This document shows, piece after piece, positions 41,410 to 51,540 of a DNA stretch of 64,000 bases; positions within the stretch are counted from its first letter, which is position 1, and every line of letters begins with the position of its first letter. The stretch lies in NCBI GenBank assembly GCA_965218095.1, contig OZ244587.1:2569694-2633693 (forward strand), read 5' to 3'. This stretch comes from Candidatus Poribacteria bacterium (GTDB lineage Bacteria > Poribacteria > WGA-4E > PCPOR2b). The position numbers and the translations under genes are program-made. The notes beneath the pieces were generated by a model, which had not been told where the DNA came from, searched no databases, and was given only the letters and a program-made list of their open reading frames with translations.

Positions 41410-42224
41410 GGTTCTGTTGACATTTCAAGGGAGCCATATAAGAGTGGAGACAAAGCTGAGAAATCCAAAATAACGGATAGCTAACTTCTCGAACCGAGAG
41501 AAGATGCGGCGATACCATTTTATCTTGTTAATGAAACATTCAACCCGATGTCCCTCTTTGTACAGATGTTTGTCGTAATCTCTTTGATCCACACGATGAC
41601 TTTTGGGCGGTATCACCGCAATCGCTCCATTCGCCTCAATAACCGCGATAAAATTGTCGGAGTCATATCCCTTGTCTCCAATCACATACTCGCTTTTATA
41701 TCCAAGTATCAACCCTTCTGCTTCCGCTATGTCGTTTCTTTGACCGGGCGTCAGATGTATTCTTAGGGGATTACCCAGGCCGTCAACGGTGATGTGATTT
41801 TTTGTACTGAATCCCCCGCGAGAGCAGCCTAACGCTTGGTTTTCAGTGCCACCCTTTTTTTTTCGGCACCTGCCGCACACGGGTGCGCTCGAATGATTGT
41901 ACTGTCCACAATAAGCGACTCGATATCGGGGTCAGAGGCGAAGTGGTGGTGCATCTGTGTGAAGCCCCCTTTGTCGCACCACCGAGCAAACCGCTTATAG
42001 AGGGTGTTTACCATAGGTGTCTGGCAGAAGTCTCCATTGAGCACCGCTACGGGTCGCCCAGAGAACAGCTTCGATAAAGCGGCGTGTTGTCGCTTCGTTG
42101 CCAACATAGATGGTGGGACAAGTTAGAAGAAACGAGTATATCTTTTTCCATTGGTCATCGGGTAAGGTTATTGGCATCATTCTTCTATTATGCCACAACC
42201 TTATACTCAAATGTCAACAGAACC
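41410..42224 (-). mobile_element. IS5-family (IS427/IS1031 group) insertion sequence, 815 bp, with TA target duplication
   Basis: The IRs GGTTCTGTTGACATTT at 41410 and its reverse complement at 42209-42224 are flanked by TA at 41408-09 and 42225-26. OrfA reads MPITLPDDQWKKI...LWATRSGAQWRLLPDTYGK and NTLYKRFARWCDKGG in two frames, so it carries an extra ~5-nt deletion. The slippery A9G run lies at 41856-41866. OrfB reads ...GGFSTKNHITVDGLGNPLRIHLTPGQRND...DKGYDSDNF...YKEGHRVECFINKIKWYRRIFSRFEKL. Confidence 0.8.
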
Positions 42225-43189
42225 TAGTACCAGGCTGCCTTGTCCACTACGTTGCGCAGCGGCTCACCGGCGGCAAACCGACGCGCATTTTCGAGGATGA
42301 CCTGAAATCGGCGCTCCGGGATGTTCTCTGCGTCCCTCAGTGCAACGTGAGGCGTCAGCAGGACGTTTGGCAGCAGCCACAGCCGGTGATCCGCGGGCAG
42401 GGGCTCCACCTCGAACACATCCAGCCCGCACCCGGCGATCTCACCGCGCTCGATCGCGTCCGCAAGATCATCGATTTTCATCGTCTTACCGCGACCGATG
42501 TTGATGAGGTAGGCCGTGTTCTTCATCAACCGAAAACGTTGAGCGTTCCACATCCCCTCGGTTTCCGGCGTGTGCGGCGTTGTCGCTATGACGAAGTCCG
42601 CGCTTGGGAGAAGGGCGTCCAGGTCTTCTGGCGTGTGCATCTCAACAAATGGGAGGCCATATTCCGGCCTTGGATCCACGCCGATCGCCGTCATGCCAAA
42701 TTCTGTACATAGCCGGGCGGTCTCATGGCCGATGCCGCCAACGCCAACGATCAATGCTGTCGCTTCAGCAAGGTTGATGTACGGGATTTTGGGAGCATGG
42801 GCATCCCATCGCCGTTGTCGCTGCGCCTCGACGTAATAGGGCAGACCACGTGAGAGCGCCAGCAGAAACATCATGATATGGTGACTGATGTGGTCGGAGT
42901 AGATACCGCGCGGGTTGCAGACCACCACGGGGTGCTCGATCAGTTCCTTGTAGTAGTAGCCCGGAAAAGGGCCCGCATCCGGATTCTGAAGCCATCGCAG
43001 CTTTTTAGTGACCCGGAGCCCCTCGGGGGGCGCCCAGCCGTATGCCGCGTCGGCGTCGACGATCTCACGGCGTGCATCTTTGTCCGTCTCTGGCACGGCG
43101 ACCCGATACTGGGAAAGGGTTTGCTGCAGGCGTGCGGCCCACTGCCGCTTGTAATCGTCCTGCGGCGGCATCATCACAAACTTGAGCAT
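42224..43189 (-). CDS. D-isomer-specific 2-hydroxyacid dehydrogenase (paralog)
   Basis: The NAD motif is ALIVGVGGIGHETARL, with GRG and HTP catalytic regions. The stop TAG (42224-42226) is made of the last IS base plus the TA duplication. Confidence 0.75.
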   Translation of the reverse strand: MLKFVMMPPQDDYKRQWAARLQQTLSQYRVAVPETDKDARREIVDADAAYGWAPPEGLRVTKKLRWLQNPDAGPFPGYYYKELIEHPVVVCNPRGIYSDHISHHIMMFLLALSRGLPYYVEAQRQRRWDAHAPKIPYINLAEATALIVGVGGIGHETARLCTEFGMTAIGVDPRPEYGLPFVEMHTPEDLDALLPSADFVIATTPHTPETEGMWNAQRFRLMKNTAYLINIGRGKTMKIDDLADAIERGEIAGCGLDVFEVEPLPADHRLWLLPNVLLTPHVALRDAENIPERRFQVILENARRFAAGEPLRNVVDKAAWY

Positions 43190-43467
43190 GGTACACGTTC
43201 CTCCGCAATCGTAAAGTTTTCGTACAAAACGTCTCATTTTCGGTAAAACACAATTTTTTTATTATACCACAATCTGTATCAGTCAGAACGATAGTATACA
43301 AATCGTCGAGGCGAACCCTTCGATTGGTGGGTGGTAGAGTAGTGAGTCGTAGCGGCGAAAAATCACCACTCACCTGCGTACCAATGTAAACCACCACCTT
43401 GACCAATCATGAAAAAATGATTGAATGCCCCATCCTAGGTCTGGGACATCTTATCGAAGATAAACCG

Positions 43468-44340
43468 TTACCCTTTCAAAGTTTCTTTCAACGCCAAGAA
43501 GTGCACCACTCCAAGCAACTTCTTTACCTCGTCAAAGCTCATCGCTTCTGTTGCCAGCCCATCCACACGTCCTGTCTGCTTCATCGTTTCACACAACTCC
43601 CGCATGGCGCGGGCGCAGACCATCAGTGACTCAATGGGACAAACGACAATCTTGTATCCAAGCTGCTCCAGTTCCTGCACGGACAGAATCGGTGTCGTGC
43701 CCCCGGTCAGCATATTGGCAAATAGCGGATAATGAACACGTTTTGGAATCTCTTCCAGTTCAGCGACGGACTGCGGGGCTTCGATAAATGCAATGTCAGC
43801 CCCGGCGTCGCAATAGCGGTTCACCCGTTCGATGGCGTCATTGAGTCCATTCATTTGGCGGGCGTCAGTACGAGCAAAGATGACAAAGTCCTTTTCCCGC
43901 TTTGCACGAACGGCAGCTTTAATTTTGAGCGCCATTTCCTCGGTTGGAATCACCTGCTTGTCCTCGAAGTGACCGCACCGCTTGGGCATCACCTGGTCTT
44001 CAATAATAATCCCAGCCGCGCCGGCATCCTTGAACGCCTCAATAGTGCGTTGGACATTGTGCAAGTCGCCGTGTCCCGTGTCACCATCGGCAATCACAGG
44101 GATGCCAACACGCCTTGCCATCCGCCGGACCGCATCCGCCATCTCGGTCATGGTCAGAAAATTCAAGTCCGGCAGTCCGAGCAACGACGCACTCGTGCCA
44201 AAACCGCCGATAAAAACCGTTTCAAAACCCATCTGCTCAACAACGAGCGCACTCAACACGTCATGCGCCCCGAGGCTGCGAATGATTCCCGTCCGGGAGA
44301 GCAACTCGCGCAAGTGTTTGGCTCCATTTGTATGGGTCAT
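43468..44340 (-). CDS. PEP mutase/isocitrate lyase-family enzyme (2-methylisocitrate lyase / carboxyvinyl-carboxyphosphonate phosphorylmutase-like)
   Basis: It has the KRCGH motif, GAHD and EDQ regions, and an AAGGAGG RBS before ATG 44338-44340. The listed start at 44487 adds unlikely residues. Confidence 0.75.
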   Translation of the reverse strand: MTHTNGAKHLRELLSRTGIIRSLGAHDVLSALVVEQMGFETVFIGGFGTSASLLGLPDLNFLTMTEMADAVRRMARRVGIPVIADGDTGHGDLHNVQRTIEAFKDAGAAGIIIEDQVMPKRCGHFEDKQVIPTEEMALKIKAAVRAKREKDFVIFARTDARQMNGLNDAIERVNRYCDAGADIAFIEAPQSVAELEEIPKRVHYPLFANMLTGGTTPILSVQELEQLGYKIVVCPIESLMVCARAMRELCETMKQTGRVDGLATEAMSFDEVKKLLGVVHFLALKETLKG

Positions 44341-44600
44341 GGTTCCTCCTTGCCAAAATAGAGATGAGAAGAACAAGGGCAGATCTCTCCAGAGACGCCC
44401 GACCAGATTGATTCGCTTCTCCACAAAGGATAACCGAACTGCCAATATTTTAGCATATTTCCATGGTTTACTCAATATCAGTTTCAAATAGTAAGGCTTG
44501 AATTTTTAGCCGATTCGTGCTATACTGAGCGTAACGAATCGACGCCGATGAATCACGTTATCATGATGTACAACTAAATCATTTGAGGAGACCTGAATCA

Positions 44601-46628
44601 ATGAAAAAATTGATTGCTCTTCTGTTTATTGCCTTTGCTCTCTTTGTATGGAGAGCGAGCGAAACATTCGCCGTGGATTTTTTGAAGCTTGAGCAGGAAT
44701 TCAGTGGAAAAGGCTCGACGGGTGGATTTTTTAGCACAAACATTCATGTCGGATTTGACGCCGAAGGAAACATCTACGTCAGCGATGCAGATAGCCGGCT
44801 GATACAAAAGCTATCATCGACCGGCGAGTTCATCATGCAGATCCCCAAAGAGAAGACCGTGGACAACATACTCAGGAAACCGGGTGACATTACCGCCGAC
44901 GGGGATGGAAACATCTATGTCGCTGATATAACAGCACACCACATCGAGGAAACTGCGGAACCCAAGATTTATCTGTTTGCCCCGTGTGTTTACAAGTTCA
45001 GCCCGAGCGGGGAATTGATCCACACCTATTTTGTGGATGCGGTCAATGTACGTCCAAAGTACGTTTTACCCGCACGCCTGATTATCGACGAGGAAGGGAA
45101 GACAGCATTTGGGATTCAGCCGAAAGGGCACGATCGAGAACTTCTCGTTGATGTCAATAGCCAAAACCAACTCTACGTGCTTGATCGGAAAAACGCAACG
45201 GTTCACAAGTTTGACGCAAACGGAGAGACATTGATAGAGTTTGGACGATACGGCGCCGGCAACGGCGAATTTGACAGCGATGCTTCGGACATTGAGATTG
45301 ATATCGAAGGAAATGTGCTAATTGCAGATACAGGCAACCACCGTGTAGTCAAGTTTGACGCAGAAGGGCAGTTTATGTTGAGCTTTGGCGAGAAGGGGCG
45401 CGGTGATGGGGAATTCATTAAACCCATTGTGATCTCTGCTTTAGGGACAGGCGAAATTCTGGTTAAAGATGCCAGCCAGTTCAAACGGTTTTTGGGAAGC
45501 CCACTGGCAAATTTCCTGGAGGTTATTTCTCCATCGGGACAAGGACTTGCCGATGTGTATCCAACGGGCACAGGACTCATCGATTCGGTCATTGATACCG
45601 TTCGCTCGCGGTCTCCCTTACTCAATCAAGATTCGCAACGGTCTGATCTGGACTACCTACATCGGCGCATTCGTTTGCTTGAGGAAGCAGAATATCGCCG
45701 CTACCTCAATGAATTTGCTGATGAAGAAGACGATGAAGATGAGAACAAAAAAGAGGAGGATGAAGATCTCAAAGCAAAGACGATTCGTGAGACAATCTAT
45801 CACAACGTCATTGCGCGAGTCCAGCGATTTGATAGTGCGGGCAGGTACAGAGGCCATGTAATCTATGAAATAGACAGGCAGAGCGCAGAAGATCACGATC
45901 TCGTTTTCCTCGCCCTGGATGTATTAGGTCACATCTACCTTCGCGATGAAAGTGATTTGACCATTCGCCAATATTCCATCGAAGGGTTTACGATCAAGCC
46001 GTCACACATGAATGCGATTTATAACACCAGGGCAATCAACGTTGACAATGATTTCACGGAAGATTATGAAGATATCGATGCCGAAGCTGACGTTGATGAT
46101 AAATTGAATCAGTTGCGGTTGAGCAACTCCTTCCTCTGGACGTATAACCTTTCGGAACGCTGGAACTTGACGTTTGTTGATGTTTTCATCTATGGAGAGC
46201 AGGATGAACGCTATATCACGCCACCGAAGCAAGAAGATAGCTACAAGTTCGATACAGAAACGCTGACGAATACCTTCGCAGCGAATCTGAAATTTATTAC
46301 AAACCCCAATCCCTACCGCTACAAGGAGCTTAATCTGTACGCTGAACGGATTGACGGCACAACAGAGCTCCATCAAAACGCTATCTTTCAAGATCTGAAC
46401 AGACAAGGTCAGGAGGGTGAGGGTGATGCAAGTTCCCTGGCTGTGGGACTAAATTGGGATGTACTTACGAACGTCAATCTATGGCTGGAATACTCAGATC
46501 TCAATCCAGCGCAAACCAGCCGTAACTTTGTTCGCCGTTTCTTCGATGTTTCAGGCAATCTCTACGAAGTCTTTAGCAGCCGCAATCAGGCAAAACAGTA
46601 TTTAGGTGAATTGACGATTAAGTTTTGA
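44601..46628 (+). CDS. Secreted NHL-repeat protein with an acidic linker and a C-terminal domain ending in Phe (possible beta-barrel)
   Basis: The signal peptide is MKKLIALLFIAFALFVW. The NHL blades show NIYV.D...H.V.KFD. The acidic run is FADEEDDEDENKKEEDEDLK. The C-terminus is ...YLGELTIKF. Confidence 0.6.
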   Translation: MKKLIALLFIAFALFVWRASETFAVDFLKLEQEFSGKGSTGGFFSTNIHVGFDAEGNIYVSDADSRLIQKLSSTGEFIMQIPKEKTVDNILRKPGDITADGDGNIYVADITAHHIEETAEPKIYLFAPCVYKFSPSGELIHTYFVDAVNVRPKYVLPARLIIDEEGKTAFGIQPKGHDRELLVDVNSQNQLYVLDRKNATVHKFDANGETLIEFGRYGAGNGEFDSDASDIEIDIEGNVLIADTGNHRVVKFDAEGQFMLSFGEKGRGDGEFIKPIVISALGTGEILVKDASQFKRFLGSPLANFLEVISPSGQGLADVYPTGTGLIDSVIDTVRSRSPLLNQDSQRSDLDYLHRRIRLLEEAEYRRYLNEFADEEDDEDENKKEEDEDLKAKTIRETIYHNVIARVQRFDSAGRYRGHVIYEIDRQSAEDHDLVFLALDVLGHIYLRDESDLTIRQYSIEGFTIKPSHMNAIYNTRAINVDNDFTEDYEDIDAEADVDDKLNQLRLSNSFLWTYNLSERWNLTFVDVFIYGEQDERYITPPKQEDSYKFDTETLTNTFAANLKFITNPNPYRYKELNLYAERIDGTTELHQNAIFQDLNRQGQEGEGDASSLAVGLNWDVLTNVNLWLEYSDLNPAQTSRNFVRRFFDVSGNLYEVFSSRNQAKQYLGELTIKF

Positions 46629-46661
46629 AGCCTTCATCAGCCAGATTCAGAGGAGAAAATC

Positions 46662-47441
46662 ATGGATACCGTAAACGACTTTGACTTCAAACGAAGAAAG
46701 TACATGCCAATTTTTCCAAGAGCAAGCGGAAAGCCCACCATTTACATCGAAGGCTATCCTTCGGAGGACAATGAACCCATGTCCGCAACAGGATTTCATG
46801 ACGAGCAGATTACCACGCTCAGCGACCAACTCAAGCGGTACTTTGGGGAGGCGAACTTCGTTTATGTTGGCGTTGATAATTTTGTCTACTATCGGGAGGG
46901 AGCCCTTAGAAAATTCGTGGCGCCCGATATTTACGTCGTCTTTGGTGTCGAGAAGTTTCCCCGACAGCGAAGTTTTTACACCTGGGCGGAAGGGATTGCC
47001 CCTGCGGTTGTGTTTGAGTTTCTTTCCGACTCAACAGCGGCTCACAATCGCGGCGACAAGATGAGACAATACCTAGTTGACATCGGGGTTGGTGAGTATT
47101 TTATCCATCAACCGGAAGGCGACAAGCACCCAGAGTTTCGCGGCTGGCGTCGAAGTCCGTCCGGTGAAATTGAGGAAATTGCCCCCGATGCCCAAGGCGG
47201 ATTGTTTAGCCGTGTCCTGAATCTCTGGCTCCGCTGGGAAGATTAACCGGACGGACTTCGGCTGCTACGCCCGTATTTGCCCGATGGAACGCCAATCACA
47301 ACCTCCCACGAAGAAGCCCAACGCCGACAACAGGCGGAAGCGATTGCCGAAGAAGAAGCCCAACACCGACGACAGCTTGAATCCGAATTAGAACAACTCC
47401 GTGCCGAACTCGCTGTCCTACAGGGCGAAGAATCCCAATAA
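46662..47441 (+). pseudogene. Uma2-family (DUF820) endonuclease-fold protein with an in-frame TAA
   Basis: The core PEFVFEFLSDSTAAHNRGDKMRQYLVDIGVGEYFI is Uma2. TAA at 47244-47246 is followed in-frame by ..DGLRLLRPYLPDGTPITTSHEEAQRRQQAEA...LRAELAVLQGEE, the usual Uma2 C-terminal tail. Confidence 0.55.
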
Positions 47442-47469
47442 GATCCAAACAAAGACGCAGATGCAAACG

Positions 47470-47760
47470 ACACAATTTCCATTCATACGGGTTTCAGGTA
47501 CACCCTACGAGATGGGCACCCAACATGGCGAACAGGCAAAGCCTTAAATCGATTGTTTCCTCGATCTGCCCATCGGTAATCGAGATCGGGAGGACATTCT
47601 GAGTCGCACAGATGCTTTTGCCCCGCTCTTTGAAAAATATGTCCCCGATCTTGTTGAGGAAATACGCGGGCTCGCTGAAGGGGCACAGATCTCGTTTAAG
47701 GAAGCCCTACTCCTTTGGAAAATTCTATGTCGGCTGCGGTAATCCGTGCCAGAGACAATT
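47470..47760 (+). pseudogene. Peptidase C45 (acyl-CoA:6-APA acyltransferase-like) N-terminal fragment, frameshifted
   Basis: One frame reads QFPFIRVSGTPYEMGTQHGEQAKP*. The next frame reads ...FAPLFEKYVPDLVEEIRGLAEGAQISFKEALLL. The remainder of the gene is absent. Confidence 0.35.
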
Positions 47761-47830
47761 TCATACTTACGGCATCAATGATGCGTGATGCGTAGAACCT
47801 AAACAATTTTTCAAATGAAAGGAAAAAACA

Positions 47831-48796
47831 ATGTCCAAAAAACAGAAACGATTCATCAAACTTTTCGTCCTCACCTGTTCGGCAATGGTGCTGATCACGC
47901 TGACGGCAACGTGGACGATCACGCAAGAATCCGACTGGTATCCCTCCAAATGGGGGAAAGACGATCAACGCGGCGCGGCAAACCTCTTGACACCTGTGAA
48001 GGTCTTAGAGGCTGCCAGCCTGATTAAGGAAGGAAAGGTTTACCAGTTAGGTCGAGTCTACGAAGCTGGCATACCGTTGTTCGGTACACGCCACTTCAGT
48101 TTGCAGATTCCCCAAACTTCGGGCCCGCTCGGTGAGAATAAAATCACATGGCACGAGGAAATTGTCAGTGGTGAAATAGGCCAGGTTGGGACCCAATTTG
48201 ATGGATTAGGTCACGTCGGCATCGGCGATCTCTACTACAACGGGTTTAATCGACACGAGTTTGCCAAAGCTGGGGGGCTGACGAAACTCGGTGTAGAGCA
48301 TGCCGGCGTCTTCGTCACCCGTGGGGTGTTAATTGACGTTGCCGGCTACAAAGGCGTCGAGTACCTGGAGGGTCGCTACGAAATCACCGCCGCCGATCTG
48401 AAGGGTGCACTCAAAAATCAAGGCGTTGAGATTACGCCAGGCGATGTTGTCGTGATTCATACCGGATGGGGAAAGAAATTTTGGATGACGGATAACGATC
48501 GATACAACGGGTCGGAGCCCGGCATCGGTCTGGAAGCCGGTCAGTATTTAGTTGACCAACAGGTTGTGATGACCTGCGCGGATACATGGGGAATCGAAGT
48601 GGTCCCGAATCCCGATAAATCGCTGGCGTTTCCTGTTCATCAACTGCTTTTGGTGGAAAATGGTATGTACAACCTTGAGAACATCATCACCGAGCAGCTC
48701 GCCACGGATAAGGTCTACGAATTCGCCTTTATCTATGCGCCACTGAGACTCAAAGGTGCAACCGGCTCGCCGGGCAATCCAATTGCCATTCGGTAG
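47831..48796 (+). CDS. Cyclase-family protein (kynurenine formamidase-like)
   Basis: It has an N-terminal signal/TM segment and the motifs GTQFDGLGHVG and DTW characteristic of the putative-cyclase fold. Confidence 0.75.
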   Translation: MSKKQKRFIKLFVLTCSAMVLITLTATWTITQESDWYPSKWGKDDQRGAANLLTPVKVLEAASLIKEGKVYQLGRVYEAGIPLFGTRHFSLQIPQTSGPLGENKITWHEEIVSGEIGQVGTQFDGLGHVGIGDLYYNGFNRHEFAKAGGLTKLGVEHAGVFVTRGVLIDVAGYKGVEYLEGRYEITAADLKGALKNQGVEITPGDVVVIHTGWGKKFWMTDNDRYNGSEPGIGLEAGQYLVDQQVVMTCADTWGIEVVPNPDKSLAFPVHQLLLVENGMYNLENIITEQLATDKVYEFAFIYAPLRLKGATGSPGNPIAIR

Positions 48797-49004
48797 AATG
48801 AGGAAAGGAAGAATTGGAAGGAGGGACGGCAATCCTTCCATCCTTCCAATCACTTCACGTTTTGCGGGTTGCGGTGAATGTATAATACTCATACAACAAT
48901 TTTACAGGTTGACAGGTGGGTAGTATAGGATAATAATTCGGCATGTTGGGTAGTATTTGTGCATGTAGCGACCAGGTGCAGCTTAACACCTGTCCCAACT
49001 TCTG

Positions 49005-50147
49005 TCAAGTCACAAGTTCGTAAACCATGATATTCTCCCACTTGTTCTTCGATCGGTGGGTGCCAACACGCTCCTTGAAGCGATTCACAACGGCCAATCC
49101 CGCATCTCCGATCATCGCTTCCAGATTGGAGATTGCTTTTGTGCCGGAGGCATCCGCGTATCCGATTAGAAGATGCCCCCCTGCTTTGAGATAGCCAGGA
49201 ACCTCGCGGAAGAACGTCCGGAGTGTGCGCTGTTTCTCATCGTGGATGGCGATTTCCGCCCGACTCCGTACTCGTGAGACCACCCACGGGGCGTTGAAAA
49301 TGATGAGGTCAAAACAGAGTCCGGATACCGGCTGGAAGAGATCCCCCGCTGGCATGACATTGATTTGTGAAGGAAAACTGTGAATATCGCTGAAACGCTG
49401 GACGTTCAACCGACTTGTTGCAACCGCCTCGGGCAGCAGATCTGAGGCGTAGATTCTCGCAGCTTGATTGCCCAATTCCTGCGCGGCGAGTAGGGTGAGA
49501 GACCCGCAGCCACAGCCCATATCGAGCACTGTCGCTTTGGGCGGCAGGTACACGTTGACGCTTCGCAGCCCATGCTGAAAGAGTCCGATCGTTTCTTGAG
49601 AATGGGGTGGAAGTACATTTTCTGACGCAAGCAGTGACATACCGAGGGCGTGAACCGGATAGGTTTCTGCGAGGGCGTTTTGGATTTTCTGGAGCGTGAC
49701 AATGGGGATTAAGAATGGACACGCCTCGTTTGCCCTCGGATTTTCCCCGACCAACTCCAAGAGATATGGCAGGTCTGGTGGCGGGTCTACCTGCAAGATG
49801 CCGGTTTCATCTGCCCAGCACATCAAGCGTGACGTTGGGTCTGCCTGTTCTTGCACCGATGTGCGTCTGGAATTCGATTTGGTGTTCCGTTTCCCTTTTG
49901 ATCGCTGCGATGGACGAGTCAACTCTTTCTGTTTCCGCTCGATATATGTCATCACTGCTGTCACTTGTTCCCATTCACCCGACAGAATCGGCACACCACC
50001 ACGCCGAAGGTGGGTGAAGATCCGATTCAGGCGCCCGAGCTCGTGGCTTGTGAATAGCTTCAGCGGGGCGTCGTCGGGGGCAATCTCTCGAAATTGCGTC
50101 GGTACGTAAATATCACCGATGCCGTTGACTCGGTAGAATGGCGACAT
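49005..50147 (-). CDS. Class I SAM-dependent N-methyltransferase with an NAPW (NPPY-like) motif and an unknown N-terminal domain
   Basis: Motif I is VLDMGCGCGSLTLLAA. DLIIFNAPWV resembles the (D/N)PP(Y/W) amino-methyltransferase motif. The first ~190 aa, including a basic low-complexity stretch, are unassigned. Confidence 0.6.
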   Translation of the reverse strand: MSPFYRVNGIGDIYVPTQFREIAPDDAPLKLFTSHELGRLNRIFTHLRRGGVPILSGEWEQVTAVMTYIERKQKELTRPSQRSKGKRNTKSNSRRTSVQEQADPTSRLMCWADETGILQVDPPPDLPYLLELVGENPRANEACPFLIPIVTLQKIQNALAETYPVHALGMSLLASENVLPPHSQETIGLFQHGLRSVNVYLPPKATVLDMGCGCGSLTLLAAQELGNQAARIYASDLLPEAVATSRLNVQRFSDIHSFPSQINVMPAGDLFQPVSGLCFDLIIFNAPWVVSRVRSRAEIAIHDEKQRTLRTFFREVPGYLKAGGHLLIGYADASGTKAISNLEAMIGDAGLAVVNRFKERVGTHRSKNKWENIMVYELVT

Positions 50148-50153
50148 AGTATT

Positions 50154-50183
50154 TCGTAAAACGTGATGCGTAAAACGTAAAGA
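50154..50183. repeat. Tandem CGTAAAACG-containing repeats (TCGTAAAACGTGATGCGTAAAACGTAAAG)
   Basis: They share ACGTAAAACGTGA with 61162-61174, and GTGATGCGTA recurs at 47777-47786. Confidence 0.4.
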
Positions 50184-50196
50184 CCCTGCGCACTAA

Positions 50197-51522
50197 CTAA
50201 CCAGCCAGAATATACCGAACTACAAAAAGCAGGGCGAAGAGATAGATCAGCCAATGCACCTGTTTTCCTTGACCGCTTACCAGTTTCAGAAGCGTGTAGG
50301 AGATAAACCCAAACGCGATTCCCTCTGTGATGCTGAAGGTGAGGGGCATCATCAAGAGCGTCAAGAATGCAGGGATGGCCTCTGTCACGTTGTCCCAATC
50401 GATGTGGACAACGTTTTTGAGCATCAGGCTCCCAACGATAATCAGCGCGGGAGCGATGATAGGATAGAGGAACGCATTTTCGCCAATTTGGCACCCCGCC
50501 CCGACCATCTTGATGAGTGGGTTGAAGAACAACGCGAGCAGCATCAGTGCCGCCGTCACCATGTTGGTTAAGCCGGTGCGACCGCCCACAGAAATCCCCG
50601 ACGCACTTTCGATGTAACTAGTGACGGTTGATGTGCCGAGCAGCGCACCGGCGCTTGTGGCAACCGCATCGGACAGCAGCGCCTGTCGCGCTTTCGGTAA
50701 TTTGCCATTGACCATCAAGCCCGCTTATTGACTGACACCGACTAGTGTTCCGACAGTATCGAACAGATCCAGGAAGATGAAGATAAAAATTACCGAATTC
50801 ATTTTCTGGTCTACGAGAATGTTCGGGATTTGGAGTTTAAGGAAGGTGGGACCGATGGACGGCGGAGTGTCAACAAAGCCTTGAAATTTAACCATGCCGG
50901 TGATGAGCCCAACAACCGTTGAAGCGAGGATGCCGATCAGGATTGCACCGCGCACTTTTAGGGCGAACAGGATAGCGATCACGACTACTCCGAATAACGA
51001 GAGCAATGCCGGAGGCGATTTCAGATCGCCGAGGGTGACATAGGTCGCCGGATGGCCAACGATAAGCCCTGCCCATTCTAAGCCCACAAGTGCGATGAGC
51101 AACCCAATTCCAGCAGGGATAGCGTTCCTCAACGAAACAGGCAGAATAGTCATCACCTTTTCACGCAGACCGACAAAGAAGAGCAGAATAAACAGCACAC
51201 CTGCAATAAAAACGGCACCGAGCGCGTTTTGCCACGATACACCGAGGGTGAGACAGACCGTGAAGGTGAAGTAGAAGTTATGTCCCATCCCCGGTGCAAG
51301 GGCAATGGGATAGTCGGCGAGGAGTGCCATCAGCACCATTGCCAATGCACTTGTGATGCAGGTTGCCGCCATTACTGCACCCGGATCCATCCCCGCTGCT
51401 GACAGCACCGCCGGCTGGACGAAGATGATATACGAAAGTGTCATGAACGTTGTGCAGCCTGCAACGATTTCACGTTTGACAGTTGTTCCTGACTCTTGTA
51501 AGTGGAACAATTTTTCGAGCAT
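50197..51522 (-). pseudogene. AzgA-like NCS2 purine permease with an in-frame TAA
   Basis: The N-part ...LVGVSQ and the C-part (L)MVNGKLPKARQ...GRTGLT... are in the same frame. They are separated only by TAA at 50725-50727, where homologs have Lys/Gln. The combined length of 441 codons fits AzgA. Confidence 0.65.
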
Positions 51523-51540
51523 CAGTTACTTCCTTGATGA

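Noticed and set aside
43732-44491. Plus-strand ORFs of 209 and 169 aa
   Set aside because: They are antisense to the PEP mutase/isocitrate lyase-family gene.
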